This document shows, in pieces, positions 32,466-32,798 of a stretch of DNA of 32,798 bases. The position numbers were made by a program, and so were the translations under genes. Within the stretch, counting starts at the first letter, position 1, and each line of letters opens with the position of its first letter. The stretch spans positions 6,881 to 39,678 of the forward strand of contig DBZV01000104.1 in assembly GCA_002311865.1 (NCBI GenBank). Reading direction: 5' to 3'. Below the pieces are notes generated by a model. That model was not told the DNA's origin, ran no database searches, and saw only the letters and a list, made by a program, of their open reading frames with translations. The stretch is from Dehalococcoidia bacterium UBA1151 (GTDB lineage: Bacteria; Chloroflexota; Dehalococcoidia; Lucifugimonadales; Lucifugimonadaceae).

Positions 32466-32798
32466 CTATCGGGAACTTAGTCCAGTCTCAATATCGTACA
32501 CGTAGTTCACGATGTCCCAGCGGTCTTCCTCGCTGAGAAGAAGACTGAAGCGGGGCATCACGTTCTGCCCGTTTGAGATGAAGGCAAAGAAGGCCTCGTC
32601 TGAGAACTTACTCTGACTGCTTTCGAGAATATTTGGAGCAGGGGAGTACGTCGTGCCATCGTTCTGAGAGGCGTAGTAACTGTCAGCCGCCGTCAGATAC
32701 TGGTTGATGGCACCATCGCCCCGGCCGCCAACGCCGTGACAGACCGAGCAGTTGACTCTGAACAGCTCTGCCGCCGTCGACGGGATGTACGCGCGTTC
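32466..32798 (-). CDS. c-type cytochrome (class I-like domain), C-terminal 110 codons; the 5' end lies beyond the window edge
   Basis: Absent from the ORF track because it is edge-truncated. Hand translation gives ERAYIPSTAAELFRVNCSVCHGVGGRGDGAINQYL...FISNGQNVMPRFSLLLSEEDRWDIVNYVYDIETGLSSR, ending at TAG. The heme motif CSVCH is at comp. 32737-32751, and the distal Met context is NVMP. Confidence 0.8.
   Translation of the reverse strand, partial: ERAYIPSTAAELFRVNCSVCHGVGGRGDGAINQYLTAADSYYASQNDGTTYSPAPNILESSQSKFSDEAFFAFISNGQNVMPRFSLLLSEEDRWDIVNYVYDIETGLSSR

Noticed and set aside
1-32798. A scan for CRISPR arrays, tRNA/rRNA genes, IS elements, integrases, phage genes and multi-gene defence systems.
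   Set aside because: I found no regularly spaced direct repeats, no cloverleaf-like or rRNA-like segments in the intergenic regions, and no transposase, integrase, nuclease or NTPase ORFs. The mazEF-type pair is the only defence- or stress-type module.

Overview
This is a 32.8-kb chromosomal window from a moderately GC-rich bacterium. The gene content suggests a Chloroflexota- or Actinomycetota-like lineage: a T-box leader, a DUF3090/SCO1664 pair, an LLM oxidoreductase, an MMPL transporter, a HadAB-like hot-dog pair, FabL, system-I cytochrome c maturation genes and many TTG/GTG starts. That placement is inference only. The window is mostly housekeeping. From left to right: SCO1664 (partial), DUF3090 and LLM oxidoreductase (-); T-box leader plus citramalate synthase cimA (+); IMPase-family protein (-); an unknown 197-aa protein and a Cys-less C26/GATase-like protein (+); gyrA, an MMPL transporter and a flavin reductase (+); a small decaying accessory patch (multiply disrupted GNAT gene, intact mazEF-type toxin-antitoxin, O-methyltransferase with two in-frame TAG codons); rplU-rpmA, rpmE and DUF1385 (+); a his operon hisH-hisA-[SAM methyltransferase]-hisF-[HAD hydrolase]-hisIE (-); an IscA-family gene and ygfZ (+); a lipid operon of hot-dog pair-plsX-fabG-fabL (-); an orphan ORF; two tandem SDR paralogs (+); and a cytochrome c / ccmH / ccmF cluster followed by two unusual membrane proteins (-). 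I saw no rRNA, tRNA, CRISPR array, transposase or integrase. I also found no convincing novel multi-gene system such as a defence island. The items most worth follow-up are the cimA T-box with an ambiguous specifier, the two ccm-linked membrane proteins that share a cytoplasmic helix module, the non-his genes embedded in the his operon, the pseudogene/TA patch that also supplies the rplU promoter, and a roughly 35-nt REP-like element present three times, always between convergent gene ends. All coordinates and alignments were made by hand from the sequence. No database search was run.
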